From Heterodontus francisci (Eukaryota), in assembly GCF_036365525.1 (NCBI RefSeq), contig NC_090384.1:30077400-30141399 (forward strand): a stretch of DNA of 64,000 nucleotides, read 5' to 3'. Numbering within the stretch: position 1 is the first letter of the stretch; each line of letters opens with the position of its first letter. Shown here piece after piece: positions 51,550 to 64,000 of the stretch. Under the pieces are notes generated by a model, which saw nothing but the letters and a program-made list of their open reading frames with translations, ran no database searches and was not told the DNA's origin. Made by a program: the position numbers and the translations under genes.

Positions 51550-52047
51550 TTCCATCTTGCGCCCTCCATAAACTTGAGCTCATCCAAAGCTCTGTTGTCG
51601 ATATACTAACTCGCATCATATCTTGTTCACACATCACTCTAGTGATTGCTGACCTACATTGGCTCCTGATCTGGCAACGCTGTGATTGTAAAATCTTCCT
51701 CCTTGTTTTCAGATATCGTCGTGCCCTTCCCCCCCCCCACTTCCTATTTCTGCAACTTCCTCCAGCCCTACAACACGCAAACCTCTATGCTTCTCCAATT
51801 CTGACCTTATGCACCCTGATTTTAATCACACTATCATTGGTGGCCATATTTTTAGCTGCCTAGGCCCTAAGGCTGGAATTCCCCCTCTGCAACACACTCC
51901 TTCTTTGAAGTTCCTTGAAATCCACCTCTTTGGCTTTTGGTCACGTCCCAATGTCTCCTCTTGTGGCTTCGTGTCTCATTCTGTTGATAGGGCTCCTGTG
52001 AAGTGCTTTGGGATGTTTTACTGCATTAAAGGTGCTATATAAATGCT
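51550..52047 (+). mobile_element. L2 3' fragment
   Basis: LHKLELIQ, ADLHWL; tail gctcctgtgaagtgctttgggatg..aaaggtgctatataaatgc. Confidence 0.82.
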
Positions 52048-52247
52048 GGGTACATTTTTCAGGTCAAGAAAAATGTGCTCTTCTGAGTCTGAACTACCCT
52101 TTGTATATGGCGAGAAGCAAGTTGTCTCTTCCACAGTTTGGAGGAACTTCCTGCAGCATCACCCATATTGTGTAACTCTTGATACGTTGAGCATAATCCT
52201 AGCAGTGGCCTTCAAGTCCTGGTTCAATATCATCGTTGATTTTTTTT

Positions 52248-52416
52248 AAAAAAGCAAAATACTGCAGATGCTGAAAATAAAACCAGAAAATGCTGGAAAT
52301 ACGCAACAGGTCTGGCATCAGGGTTCTGATGAAAGGTCACTGACCTGAAACGTTAACTCACTTTCTCCAAAGATGCTGCCAACTCGCTGAGTATTTCCAA
52401 CATTTTCTGTTTTTAT
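52248..52416. mobile_element. Inverted pair of Penelope terminal-repeat fragments
   Basis: aataaaaccagaaaatgctggaaatac... is the inverted counterpart of ...gtatttccaacattttctgtttttatt. Confidence 0.8.
52320..52359 (+). ncRNA. Minimal type I hammerhead ribozyme motif with an intact core
   Basis: GGGTT-CTGATGA(52326-52332)-a-AGGTC act GACCT-GAAA(52347-52350)-CGTT-AACTC: conserved boxes, stem II, palindromic stem III and stem I. Confidence 0.75.
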
Positions 52417-53651
52417 TCCATCATTGATGAGGACTCTTGTATTGACTGACATTTTAGGCTGAATTCCTGGTTTACCAGGCAGAGTGCACTGCCTATAGGG
52501 CCTAACCATTGTGATCATCCTATGAACCCTGGCATATACAAGTTCTAACTGCAGCTCATATGTGATTGCGGGAGCATCCCCCAAAATCCTGGTTGGCATG
52601 GATTGAAGAATTTATTCAAGATTGCTCAGCCTGAGGCAAGCATGGATGCTGGGGCTAAACCAGGAACAATTCTTTGAAATGTGGTTCTGGTCCTGGCTCC
52701 TTAGCATTTGACTGGCATGTCAGCAGTAACCCTCATATAAACCATGTGGCTAGCATCCAGAATATGCTGCACTCCTTCTGAATGAGGTAACTTATTGAGA
52801 CATTTGAGACCATCAGAAGTTACCAGGCTCTGAACACAGGGTAGCACAATAATAAACATCAGCAACACTGCCTGGAAGTACTCCCCAGGGTCAACTGCCA
52901 GTTGCTCAATGAGGTCATTCACTAACGGTGTATCATATAGATTATACCTTGTGCCTTTCTTACAATGGATGTAATTTTATGTCCACCTGTTATAAATAAA
53001 GGCAGTTACAATTTTTTTTTAAAGTGCTTTAAGTTGTGTCTCTGGTTCTCTCTCTCGTGATGTCAAAACTGCAGAAGAATGAACTTGAGGTGTACATTGG
53101 TCCTAAACTATTGACACAAATGTAGTATATCTGTAATATTCAATGTAATACATTTGTTCGGGGAGGATTGTGAGCAAACTGCAGTGGCTGTTCATTTTTT
53201 GATAGGTTGGAGCTCAAATCAGTATTTTGAGAAGGGAAATAAGGTTAAGGAAATACGCAAATAAGACTACTTGATCATCTTGATGTCGGCAACAGAGACT
53301 CCAGAAATGTGTTTTAATACTGTTAACTAATGCAGTTCAGTATATTGTGGCATATATAGATTTGTAGACCCATTTTACATTTACTGCATTTTAATGTTCT
53401 TCAATCAGAGTAGCTTGTAACTTATGACTTAGTCTATTTTTTTCCAACCAGGAACTGATTCAAATGGATACAAAATTGATCAGGAACTTGATTCACCAAG
53501 ATCAGGCAACTTGCAAAATGTGAAAGTGGTGGAATGTTGCACTGTTTGAGTGCAGTGTATATTTTGTTAAACTGCGAATCAGTTATATCCACCATACATA
53601 TGCCTACAAAACAAATGTTTAAAGGAAATCTATTCAGTTGTACTATGCATT

Positions 53652-53729
53652 ATAGGAACATAGGACTTAAGAGCAGGAGTAGGCCCTTTGAGCCTGCTCC
53701 ACCATTCAATAAGGTCATGGCTGATCTGG
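53652..53729 (-). mobile_element. CR1 3' tail fragment
   Basis: gagcaggagtaggccc..gagcctgctccaccattcaataaggtcatggctgatct. Confidence 0.78.
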
Positions 53730-56149
53730 TAATATAAAAATCCTTTCTTAGATCCTGCAGCAAATATTTATATATAATACACATTTATATCTTCAGAGAT
53801 AATGAATATTCTCAGATGGCTATCTTGTAGTTTTTGTGAAACAAGAAGCTGGAAAAATAGAATGACTTTACAAATGATTGTACAATGAAAATTAACTGGC
53901 AGCTACAGTGCCACCAATTTGAAGTGATGTCATTATACTTTAGTGTTCACACGGTATTTCAGCAAGCAGCCTCTTTCAAGAAAAGCAGCTGGGAGACGAT
54001 CACTGAGAATAACAAGACGTTGCATGTAACAGTTTTTTAAATAGATGAAAGGGGTTAGTCTTGCAACTGCTCACTACATGACGCAAGATGTTGGGGTGGG
54101 TGGTGTTGCGGAGAGCATAGCAATTGCTGTTGGCTCAGCTGTTTTTTCACATCTTCACAAGACTCAGTTATTAAACCAGGAGCAATGATTTTCATCAGGG
54201 AAATGGGATGCTTGAAAAAAAATTACTGTCACACAGGACATTTAGCACTAGTGATCAATATTTTTGGCTACTCAGTAGAAAGCTGGTAATGTATTACCAT
54301 TTTGGAGAGTTGCAGCAGGAAGAAGGTGTATTTTTGTATCAGATATTGATGCAGAACCCTGAATACTGTGGACTTCTCCTTGGAGGGCAGGGGAAAATGG
54401 GGGAACGTATTTGAAGAACTGTGCGTGCAAGCCTGTGCAAGATCAAAACTGCAAAGATCAGTGGCTAGATTCTGAGTCAGAAGGATTGGACAGACTGGAC
54501 GTGCTGCATTCAGGATGCAGAACTGGTGGAGGCTTCTGGATATAATCTGCACTCTTTTGTCTTTATTGCACTGTTATCAAAGCAGAATGCTTTATAAATA
54601 TGTGACTTAAGTGAAATACAAGAGTTTTGGTATGTAAATTACTGAACTATATACTATTGTTACCTCATGAACTATGAGCTTCATAAAATTCACTAAAATC
54701 CAACAGAAAATATTTTTTAAGTTAGCTTTTAAAAGGAATTATTTTCAATGATATTAGCTAGTAATACAAAAAACTGCTGATTTGCAGTCTGAAGAAAGAT
54801 TCTTGTCTCCCTTATGTTGCAATTTGGGGTAATATTCCATTTAAATAACTCCAGCTGAATATGGACAGTTTTCTGTTAAAGTGCAGATTTAAATGGTATT
54901 TCTTGCACATTTTTTTATTAATTAAAAGAACTGTTTGTCAAACATTAATTATTTTGATACTCTGCAATGATTCCTAATAATCCTTTGTATTCATGCTTCC
55001 TTGGTGTTCAGTATGTAATACTAAGTGTCCTCTTCAGAAAGGAAATTGAGAGGGGTGAAAGAGTGAACAGTGGTTCCAGTGAGTGCATTTTTGGAAACCC
55101 TGTATATTATTGGTCTCTGCTAAACAAATGACATTAAACCAAATGATACTTTTTCTGTTTGAGTTGTAATTGTTACTGGTCTGCATTCTAGTTATTAATT
55201 TTTAGTGAATTTTGTGCACTTTGCCAAAAGAAATGAAATGAATTAAGAGATTAGACTGATAAATCCATGCTTTTCTCATTTCTCCCGTATATTTCTGGGG
55301 AACATCATGGTAATATTTGCTTAATTATTAGGAATGTTTTTTTAAAGAGCGCATCATTTCTCACAAACTCAAGCAAGTTGTACTTATTTTTTTCTATCTT
55401 CCTTGTGGTGAAACACAATCCGATCAATGGTTTTGTTTAAAACAATGGCTAGAAAGCTCTTTTGTCTGCATGAAGATGATTGTAAAAGACCAAAACAATC
55501 AGGATTTTGGTAATGAATAATATCAATTTGTTACATTTCCTATTTTGCAGGATTAATATAGGGATTTCCTGCTTTTAACAAAAGCAAATGCTGGAGTGGA
55601 ACACTTCCATAACATTGTGGGCTAAGTATGAAGACTTAAAGCATTCATCTGAAATTCCTCTCTACTATTTTAGCAAAGATTTTAAATAGATGGGCTAATC
55701 GGTTCTACCAAAATAATGGAAATATTTCCAGGTGTAATTTCAAGGTCCTTGTTTTCCTGCACGTTAGAATTTATGTTCTCTTGGAATGGCCTGATCCTAT
55801 ATCTTAATGCATGTTTCTATCCATGGGAACATGGGTGCCCTCTTGCACTTGACTGATGAGATGTTCTTTATCTCCCTCCACGATTGGGTGAGTAATATAC
55901 ACAAGTGAACCAAAGAATAAATCGCATGTAAAGCAACTACCAATTCCACTGTGCTTCAATCGCTATGTTTCCGCAATCTGGCATAGGAGAAGATGGGGTA
56001 CTACAGTGGAGCTCAATGTGCAGAGGAATAATTTTTACCTGTCAATATGCTGAAAATTACCTGAATTTTGACCAGCTTGGTTATGTTGAAGTCATAAAGC
56101 ATCAGATTTCTAACTTAATTAAGTCACAAAGATATAATAAATCGAATGA

Positions 56150-56220
56150 TGCTAGAGGTTGATGCAGACTCGATGGGCTGAAGGGCCACTTCTGTACTGT
56201 ATTATTCTGTGATTCTGTTT
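56150..56220 (+). mobile_element. CR1/HE1-type 3' tail fragment
   Basis: gcagactcgatgggctgaagggcc..ttctgtactgta..attctgtgattctgt. Confidence 0.7.
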
Positions 56221-59200
56221 CTGGGTTAGGAGAGAATTGTTTTTCCACCTTGAGTTTGCAGTAATGTTCTTGGGCATTGTAATCTTTCAATTCTGTAACT
56301 CTTTGGCCTATAATTTACTTCACTAGCCCTCAATTGCAGTTACAAAGTTGAAGTATTAAATAATTGTGTAAATATGTAGAATATTTTAACCTAACATTTG
56401 TACTTCAATTTACTTTGATTGTTAGACAGCCATTTCTTGGCATAAGTGTCTCTGGTAAACGTACTACAAAATAAACTAGATTGTGTAGCTTCATCTAAAG
56501 GGATGAGGGAAATTGGAGTGCAAAAGTAATATTTTTCAGCCAGTATTTTAAATGTTCTTGTGCACTGTTTAAAAACAAAAAATCACTTTTTTTGTTTTTG
56601 CAGTTTGTGTGCTGTTGGTTTTTAGTAAAATTACATATCTTATGAAATGGACGTTTTCTTTGGCCAGCTAAAAAGTCAGGGGCTGTGGGAATTTAAAATT
56701 ACTGGAATGTGTGACTGCCTTAATTTCTTGGACTTCATATGCCCTTCAGTGGGCTTGCCAAATGAGTGTCTCTGTCAACTTAGATGTGCTGTCACAAGAA
56801 TACGTTTGAAGTTTTCAGTCTGTACTGAAAACCAGTTCCATTTTTAAAAAAAAATTTGTGTGGATAAAAGTTGAATAGATGTAATGTGCGAAAAAGGTCA
56901 AATAAGCTTTTCAGGTTACTGCTTCATGTTTGGTTTCAGAACTTAAATCACATTTCCCCCCCCCCCCCCCCCACCCCATTCACAAATAAAAATAAATCAT
57001 TTAAATAATTTCTGATGAATACTGCATATTTATTTTACCTTCTATTTGTAAAGGAGTCTGCTGGTAGGACACTGAGTCCTGCCACTTTCCAAGTCATCTG
57101 AATAATGGACCTTGCTTTCATATCTGCCATGCCTGATACTACCAAAAGGCTTGTGTTACTTATTCATTCAACATCTTCAGCACACTCCACTGTTGGGATT
57201 ATAGTCTAGTTCTGTGTGTTTTTGGAAAATCTTGTAGTCAATCACCTGAACATCGACTTTGATCTGAAACAATACGTCGAGTACCTGCTGGCTGAGGAGG
57301 GGGAAGGTGGGGCCTTGTTTACTCTGTTAGACGAGACCATGGCATTTATTGATTCGACTCCTTAAGCAAAACTGTCAAGAGTCTTTGCAGAATTAATAAG
57401 GGCCCTGGACCCATCTGCATCAGGGAAGACAAAACCTCTGTAGCCACTGGGACCTGCTTTAGAATGTCTTGACCGACCTTCAGGTGATTGGAAAAGAGAA
57501 TTCCTTGAGAGAGCAGCAAGATGGTAACAAATTAGCTGAGGGCAAATGATCACACCAGGATGTCAAATGCTCACAGATATTTTGATGTGAATGTTGTCCA
57601 AAGCTGCAGTCAAGCCCAGAGTGGTGGCATTTTTTTGAAATTCATATATGTTGTACAATGGGATTTTTCTTGGCTGCATCCCTGTGCATAACAATTACTA
57701 GGGTCTGAGCTGATGTATATAAATTATCAGCTGCTAATTCTAGAATAATCCAAATGTGCAGACTTGGCAGAATCCTTGTATAGCACTCCACTCCCAGGTA
57801 CGACATGCTACTCCAACTGTTTACCAGCATGGGAAATCCACCACATAGGACACCGACACTGAATTAACTGAGTGTCCAAGCAGGTAAATGCACATAATTG
57901 ACAAATCTTGGAACAGAGATCAATTCATGTTATGATGGCTATTCATTGGGTACAGTTTGTTCAGCCAAGGTCGTACAAATCCACGCGGTTGCTTAAGCAA
58001 ATTAGGGCATATTCTGTAGTCAATTACTGTCTTTTATTTTGGGCCAAATACAGCAAGTGGCAAAAGTCTATGTCCTAGCCTTGAGAGTTAGATACATGAG
58101 CAATGGGAGTAATGCTCTGCAAATTGTCTTGGCAGCATCTAGCATCATTCCCATCAGAATTTTAGAAACAACTAAAATGCACTGCCTTTTGACAAAAAGA
58201 TAATTTTGGGGACAAGTTTAGAGTTGCTGGAAGCTTGTAAGAAAAAGCACAAAACGTGTGCGCTATGAAAGCGAAGGCTCTGATCAGCAAGATAATTTTT
58301 AGGAGCTCTCCCTCCTTCCCCGTGCCATCATCAAGCAATGGCAGAGCCCACTCAGCAACTATTTCATGGAACTGCCCAGCTTCTGGACTCTAAAAGGCAC
58401 CTTTTGCATTACAGCATTTCTACAGTTATTTGATTCACCCAAAAGATCCTTCCAGGGATCCAAACTTTGCCTCAATAATTTGTCTGGTCATTGTCCACCT
58501 GGGACCCATGTTTAGGGGCAGCCTGTGGAAGTTTGCAATCATGTGAAGATCACTGAAGTTGCAATGATCCTAGATATTAATAGGGTAAGCTACTTATATT
58601 ATTTTGCAGAAACACCCATTGAGATTTGTCTAATCAAATGTAATCACTACGGGATATCAACGTAAAAGCTGTATTGTCAGCTGAGATAAACTTGCATGAG
58701 CGACATAGAATATTTTACCACAAACGGAGGAAACTGCATTTCTAATTCCCAAATATACATAGAGGCTCCTTCCCGTACTAGTCTGCAGAATGCTATAAGG
58801 AGTGATGCAAAATGACCATGCTGCTATTATCCAAATACTGGTATGCCTTAAAGCTTTTAAGGATTAGGTATAAGTGTTTAGTATCAGTTGAACTTCAAAT
58901 CAAATTGAACTGGTGCAATGGCACGGGTCTTGGTTTCTATCTGGTGAAAGAGTAAGGGACCGCAAGTGGTAGCTCCAATTTGTAACATCACATTTTTATT
59001 AATGTGCTTTTGGGGTAGTTTTAACTGGAAATGTCTTTTTTTCTAATCTTTTGGCATAGATTAGGGAAATCTTCCTTCAAAGAGATTACTTTGTGTACAT
59101 AGGAAAATGATTTAAAAATTAATAGGGATGGAGCACAAGAATGGTCCACAAGCATTCCCAATGCTTTAAACATCTGTCCATCAGTCATAGAAGGGGAATG

Positions 59201-59547
59201 GATGGAGTTTTCCTGTGTGAACCTACATAGACACTTTGGTACTTGTTAATTCTTCCATCCAGGGAATGTATTTTTTCTGGAGCAAGCTGATGGGATCTTG
59301 AAATAGTACAGTACAGAAGTGTTTTATACAGTACCAAAGTGTTTTACTCCAGAAAGCCAGGTGGTGAAAGGCAGAACTGCAACCAGCCTTTACACACTTT
59401 CCTAACTTGTATTTCGAGACGCACATTTCAAACATGCACCTCCTAACCCGACAACCACAGTTTGTCTGTTCCTATTTATAGGACACAAGTGAATCTCCAG
59501 TTAATGCCCACCACCTGCATGCAATTAAACACAGTTAATATAAAATT

Positions 59548-62450
59548 GATACAAGGAGGTCATTTTGCCCATTCAGACTGTGCTGGCTCTTTTGGAGCAA
59601 TCCAGTTAGACCCACCCTGCTGCTCTTTCCCCTTATCCCTGCAGTTTTTTCTTTGTGTTTATTGAATTCCCTTTTGAAGGTTCCTATTTAATCTGTACCA
59701 CCACCATATAAGGCAGTATATTACAAATTCTAGCCACTCTCGGTGGGCCGAAGGGCCTGTTTCAGTGCTGTATCTCTAAATAACATTTTAAAAAAATAAA
59801 CAAAAATGGTTTTTCCTAATGTCACTTCTGGTTCCTTTATCAATCACCTTAAATCTGTGCCCTCTGTTGTCAATCCTTCAGCCTTGGAAAAAGTTTCTCT
59901 TTATTTACTCTATCTAAACATGCCATGATTTTAAACTACTCTTATTAAATCTCCTCTTAGCCTTCTCTTCTCTAAGGAGAACAGCCCCAACTTCTCCATT
60001 CTATCCACGTTAACAATAATGTCTCATTCCTGGAACCAGTCTAGTAAATCTCTTCTGCACCCTCTCCAAAATGTTCCCATCGTTCCTAAATTGTGGTCCC
60101 CAGAATTGGACACAATCCTCCAGCTGGGACTCAACTAATGTTTGTTATGACCGAGGCGGGAGGAGTGCACTGTTAATTCAGTCCAACTTCTCCACAGGTC
60201 ACAACACATATTTAAATTTTCCCACTTACCGAAACAATTAATCATATACTCTACTTTTCCTTAGAATAAAGCACACCAATCAGGTTTCTTTAATAAACAA
60301 CAAAACTATCCATTTATTAAAAACCAAGTTTTAGCCAATAATGAAGTAAAGCATACATACAAATTGAAATTTTAAAGCCCCTTATTCTATCATTCACTCA
60401 CACACACAGACACATACACAGACACACAAACACATACACAACCGGTTAACTGGAAAAAAAGGGATTTTTTTTTTGTTTACAGCTGTTACAAAGAAATAGA
60501 AGGATTTAAAAAAAACACTTAGACTGAAAAGAAGGTATGGAAGGAAGGCCTTTGCTTTGGCAAGATGTCCCAAAGGCGAATAGGCGGCTGTCAATGGGAT
60601 CGTCCTAGAATAGCTCTTTCCAGGCAATATTGATCAGTTGAGGTAGGCTGTCAAAGAGATACAGCTTCAGAAGGCTTCACATAGGTCTTACATCAGGTGT
60701 GCAGCAACAAAGGTTTCAATTCTCTCATATTCGATGCAAAATTCCTTCAAAGATGCAAGGTTTCTGCAAATGTGCAGGATTTCTTCAATTACTGGAGGCA
60801 ACACACTTGAATACAGAATTTGCTTTTCAAGAGAGAGATGGGCTGGCTGAATATTCTTCTATTCTCCTGGCAGGTCAATAAGCAAACTCCAGCGGCTTGT
60901 TTTTAACAGTTCAAAATGAAACCAAAACCCTTTCAGAAACCAGCTTTGTGACCACCATAAATTTTGGCTTGTCACTTGTAAACATCTGTCCCAGGCAAAA
61001 CAACCCTGTCAGGTTATTTACAAACGGGTGCCTTCCAGTAAAACTTGTTTACATTCAGTCCAAACCTTCTGGTAATTTATTTTAAGAAAAACACCCAAAG
61101 TTCAGCTTCAAGATTCCAGCATCCTTGGAATCCTTTTCAGTTTTAAAACATAGATTCTCAAGTTTTAACAAAAAGTGTAAACCCTTGTAACATGTTCTAT
61201 ATAGGTTCAGCATGACTTCCTGGTTTTTACGCTCTATGCTTCTACTTATAAAGTCCAGGATCCCATATGCTTCATTAATGGCTTTGTTAACCTGACCTGT
61301 CACCTTCAAAAATTTGTGCACAAACATCCCCAGATGTGTCTCTTGCACCGCCATTAAAGTTATACTATTTAGTTTGTATTGTCTTCCCTCATTCTTTCAA
61401 CCAAAATGCATCACTTCACACTTTGTTGAATTTCATCTGCCATGTGCCCGCCCATTCCACCAGCCTGTCTCTGTCCTCTTGAAGTCTATTACTATCCTCC
61501 TCACTGTTTACTACACTTCCAAGTTCTGTGTCATGCACAACTTTCAAAATTGTCCCCTATGCCCCCTCAATTCCAAGTCATTAATGTATATCAAAAATAG
61601 CAGTGATATCAAAGTACTGAACCTTGGGAAGTGCCACTATATTACCTTGATACAGTCTGAAAAACAGCCATTCAACACAAATCTGTGTTCTGTCCTTTAT
61701 CCAGTTTTGTATCCATACTGCTACTGCCCTTTTATTCCATAAGCTTCAGTTTTGCTAACAAGCCTATTATGTGGTACTTCATCAAACACCTGTTGAAAAT
61801 ACATATACACATCAACTGTACTGCTTTCATCCACCCTCTGTTAACTCGATCACAAAATTCAACCAGTTAATCAAACATGGATTTTCCCTTTATTAATCCA
61901 TGCATGTCCAAGTGGCTGTTAATTTTCACCCAGATTATTGTTTCTAAAAGCTTCCCCACCACTGGCATTAAACTGACTGGCCTGTAATTGCCAGGTTTAT
62001 CCTCCTCTCTCTCTCTTTGAGCAAGGGTGGAACATTTGCACTGTTCCAGTCATTTGGTACAACCCCTAGACCTCGGGGGGGTTTGGAAGATTGTGGCCAG
62101 CACCTCAGCAATTTCTACTGTTCTTTAATTTAGCAGCCTCGGATGCATCCTATCCGGGCTGGCTGACCTATCCACTTGAAGTACTGTCAGCCTTTCTGTA
62201 CCTCTTTATGTTTATCTCATTTAGTATCCCAGCAACCTCCTTCTTTACAATATCTTTGGTGAAGACCTCTTCCCTGGTAAACTGATGCAAAGTATTCACT
62301 TAGCATGTTATTCCTGTCTCCTGCTTCCACCAGTGGATCTCCAAGTTAGTTCCTAATCGACCCCACTGCTCCCTTGACAACCCTTTTGCTGTTAATATGT
62401 CTATAGAAGATCTTTGGACTCCCTCATATTAGCTGCCAATCTATTCTTGT
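59548..62450 (-). mobile_element. CR1 LINE interrupted by a solo LTR and a V-SINE tail (59742-59800)
   Basis: HLG..VHK.LKV.GQV.KA, LNLY.TL, CVQFW.P, NYRPVSL; continuous across the LTR. Confidence 0.88.
60143..61192 (-). mobile_element. Solo LTR (Gypsy-like), 1050 bp
   Basis: TGTTATGA...TGTAACA; TSD TGTT (60139-60142 and 61193-61196); first ~350 bp collinear with the 41862 copy. Confidence 0.9.
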
Positions 62451-62570
62451 AAAAATAAAAGCAACCTATCTATTTAACAAAAACAGAAAATACTGGAAAT
62501 ACTCAGCAGGTCAGGCAGCATCTGTGGAGAGAAAGAGTGTTAATGTTTCAGGTCGGTGAGATTTCATCCC
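62451..62570 (-). mobile_element. Penelope terminal-repeat fragment with a degenerate hammerhead
   Basis: aaaacagaaaatactggaaatactcagcaggtcaggcagcatctgtggagaga..gttaatgtttcaggtc. Confidence 0.75.
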
Positions 62571-63548
62571 CTTTTCACTTCTCTGCAAAGAACCTTTTTT
62601 TTTTAAAGGACTTCGTGTGTGATTTGTTTGTGTGCAACTCATTTAAGTTTTTTTTATGCGACTGTGCACGCACAATAACTTTAAGGGGCCAACTTGTGTG
62701 TGACCTGCATGTGGGGATTCGGGTTGCTGCTTACAGGGAACATTGCTTCTTTGTACTTTATATGTATAGCGTGTTCCATTTTGTAATTTTTGATCTTTTA
62801 CTCTTTAGAGAAAGAATTTTGGAATTGCTTGCAGTTTAAATCAGTGAATTTAATTAGGATGTAAAAGAAAATGCTGCAAGCTACAGGCATTGACAATATG
62901 TATTAAAGCCAGACAGGAAGTTTGTGGAATGTCATAGGTCACGGATTATTTGAAACTAATGAAATGAGGGTCAATTGTCTCACTCTAGGCCAATTACCCA
63001 GTATGGCTTAATTCATTAAACCACCATTATACCCACATCTAAGAAGACTGCAAGTTACAGTTCTTGGCTCAGAGCTGGAAGCTCAAATGCAAGAGGCCAA
63101 TTTTTTCATTTTGAACTTCTTCACAAAGCAATGTATGTCCGATGGAATTATTAGCCCAAGAATGGGACAGGCTACATTATTGATGATTTTTCTCTTTATG
63201 TTCTTGGGAAGTGAAATTGAGCTAAATAAATGGAGTTTGCTTTGATTATGCCCTGACGATTTGCTGAAGAGATAAAGCAGTTTAACAATATCTAGCTTTG
63301 ACTCCCCAAGTGTCTTATTTTTTCATTTTGGACAGATTGAAGGAGTGCATGTGTGAAAGACACTACATTCCAGTTCAGATTGCAAGGGGTCCTACTGGTA
63401 CATCCATGAGTTATTCTTTCATATAATTAGATATTGTGCAGTACTGGCACATTTCTGAATGTAAGATATTCAGGCCTGTTATGAGTCAGTAGCAGTGTAT
63501 ACGGGAGTAGCTAAGGCAGCCTTGAAACTTATAACACTAACTCTTCGG

Positions 63549-63665
63549 AAGCTTAAAGGGACTCTCAATTTTAAATTTCACTGATTCCACCACTCATTCA
63601 AAACTAGTCTTAAGCTATAAAGGATTCTCCATTTTAAATTTAATTGATTCCACCACTGATTCTAC
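63549..63665. repeat. Two-copy tandem duplication with a period of about 63 bp
   Basis: aagct..aaagg..tctc.attttaaattt.a.tgattccaccact.attc occurs at 63549 and again at 63612. Confidence 0.7.
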
Positions 63666-63874
63666 AGTTTAAACCAAAATTATATCAAAATGAAGCTAAT
63701 GTGCATACAAACTTTAGCAAAATTGTTTTATAGTCTCATTTTTGAGGTGACAGTGCAAATAGGACTCAGTTTGGGATGGGTGAATGTGGTCACCTGTCAG
63801 CAAATTTTTCAGGTATTCTATTGCCAGTGTGTAAAGTGCAGGAAATGTATTTATGTAGGGAAACATTCCATGAT

Positions 63875-64000
63875 AAGAAATCAGAGCAGAAGTAGGCCAT
63901 AGGGCTCTTGGAGCCTGCTCCACCATTCAGTAAGATCATAGCTAAACTTGAACATCACCTCCACTTTTCCGACCTATTCCCATATCCATTGATTCCCTTC
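63875..64000 (-). mobile_element. CR1 3' tail, cut by the window end
   Basis: gagcagaagtaggccat..gagcctgctccaccattcagtaagatcatagct. Confidence 0.8.

Noticed and set aside
57110-57140. Minus-strand YQAWQI resembling an Academ/XPG-type transposon motif
   Set aside because: A single short word without the neighbouring motifs.

Overview
Vertebrate nuclear DNA, most likely from a cartilaginous fish (shark), judging by HE1-like V-SINE, Deu/SacSINE1-like SINE and HER1/CR1-like LINE sequences. No intact or recognisable host protein-coding gene was found, so the window looks intronic or intergenic. More than half of it is degraded, often nested transposable elements: CR1, L2 and RTE LINEs, a poly(A)-tailed CR1/Jockey-group LINE, Penelope-like elements, three SINE families, five solo LTRs with target-site duplications (TSDs) and one hAT MITE. 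A ~3.8-kb 23-bp pyrimidine minisatellite spans an assembly gap and explains the four ~1,300-aa ORFs. Most notable: minimal hammerhead-ribozyme motifs in Penelope terminal repeats with a covarying stem II; a possible decayed HSF DNA-binding-domain relic; a terminal hairpin shared by two LTR families; a SINE-LINE pair sharing a structured 3' tail plus a chimera of the two; and two equally truncated LINE copies. Family names come from pattern recognition, not database searches. Boundaries without TSDs are approximate.
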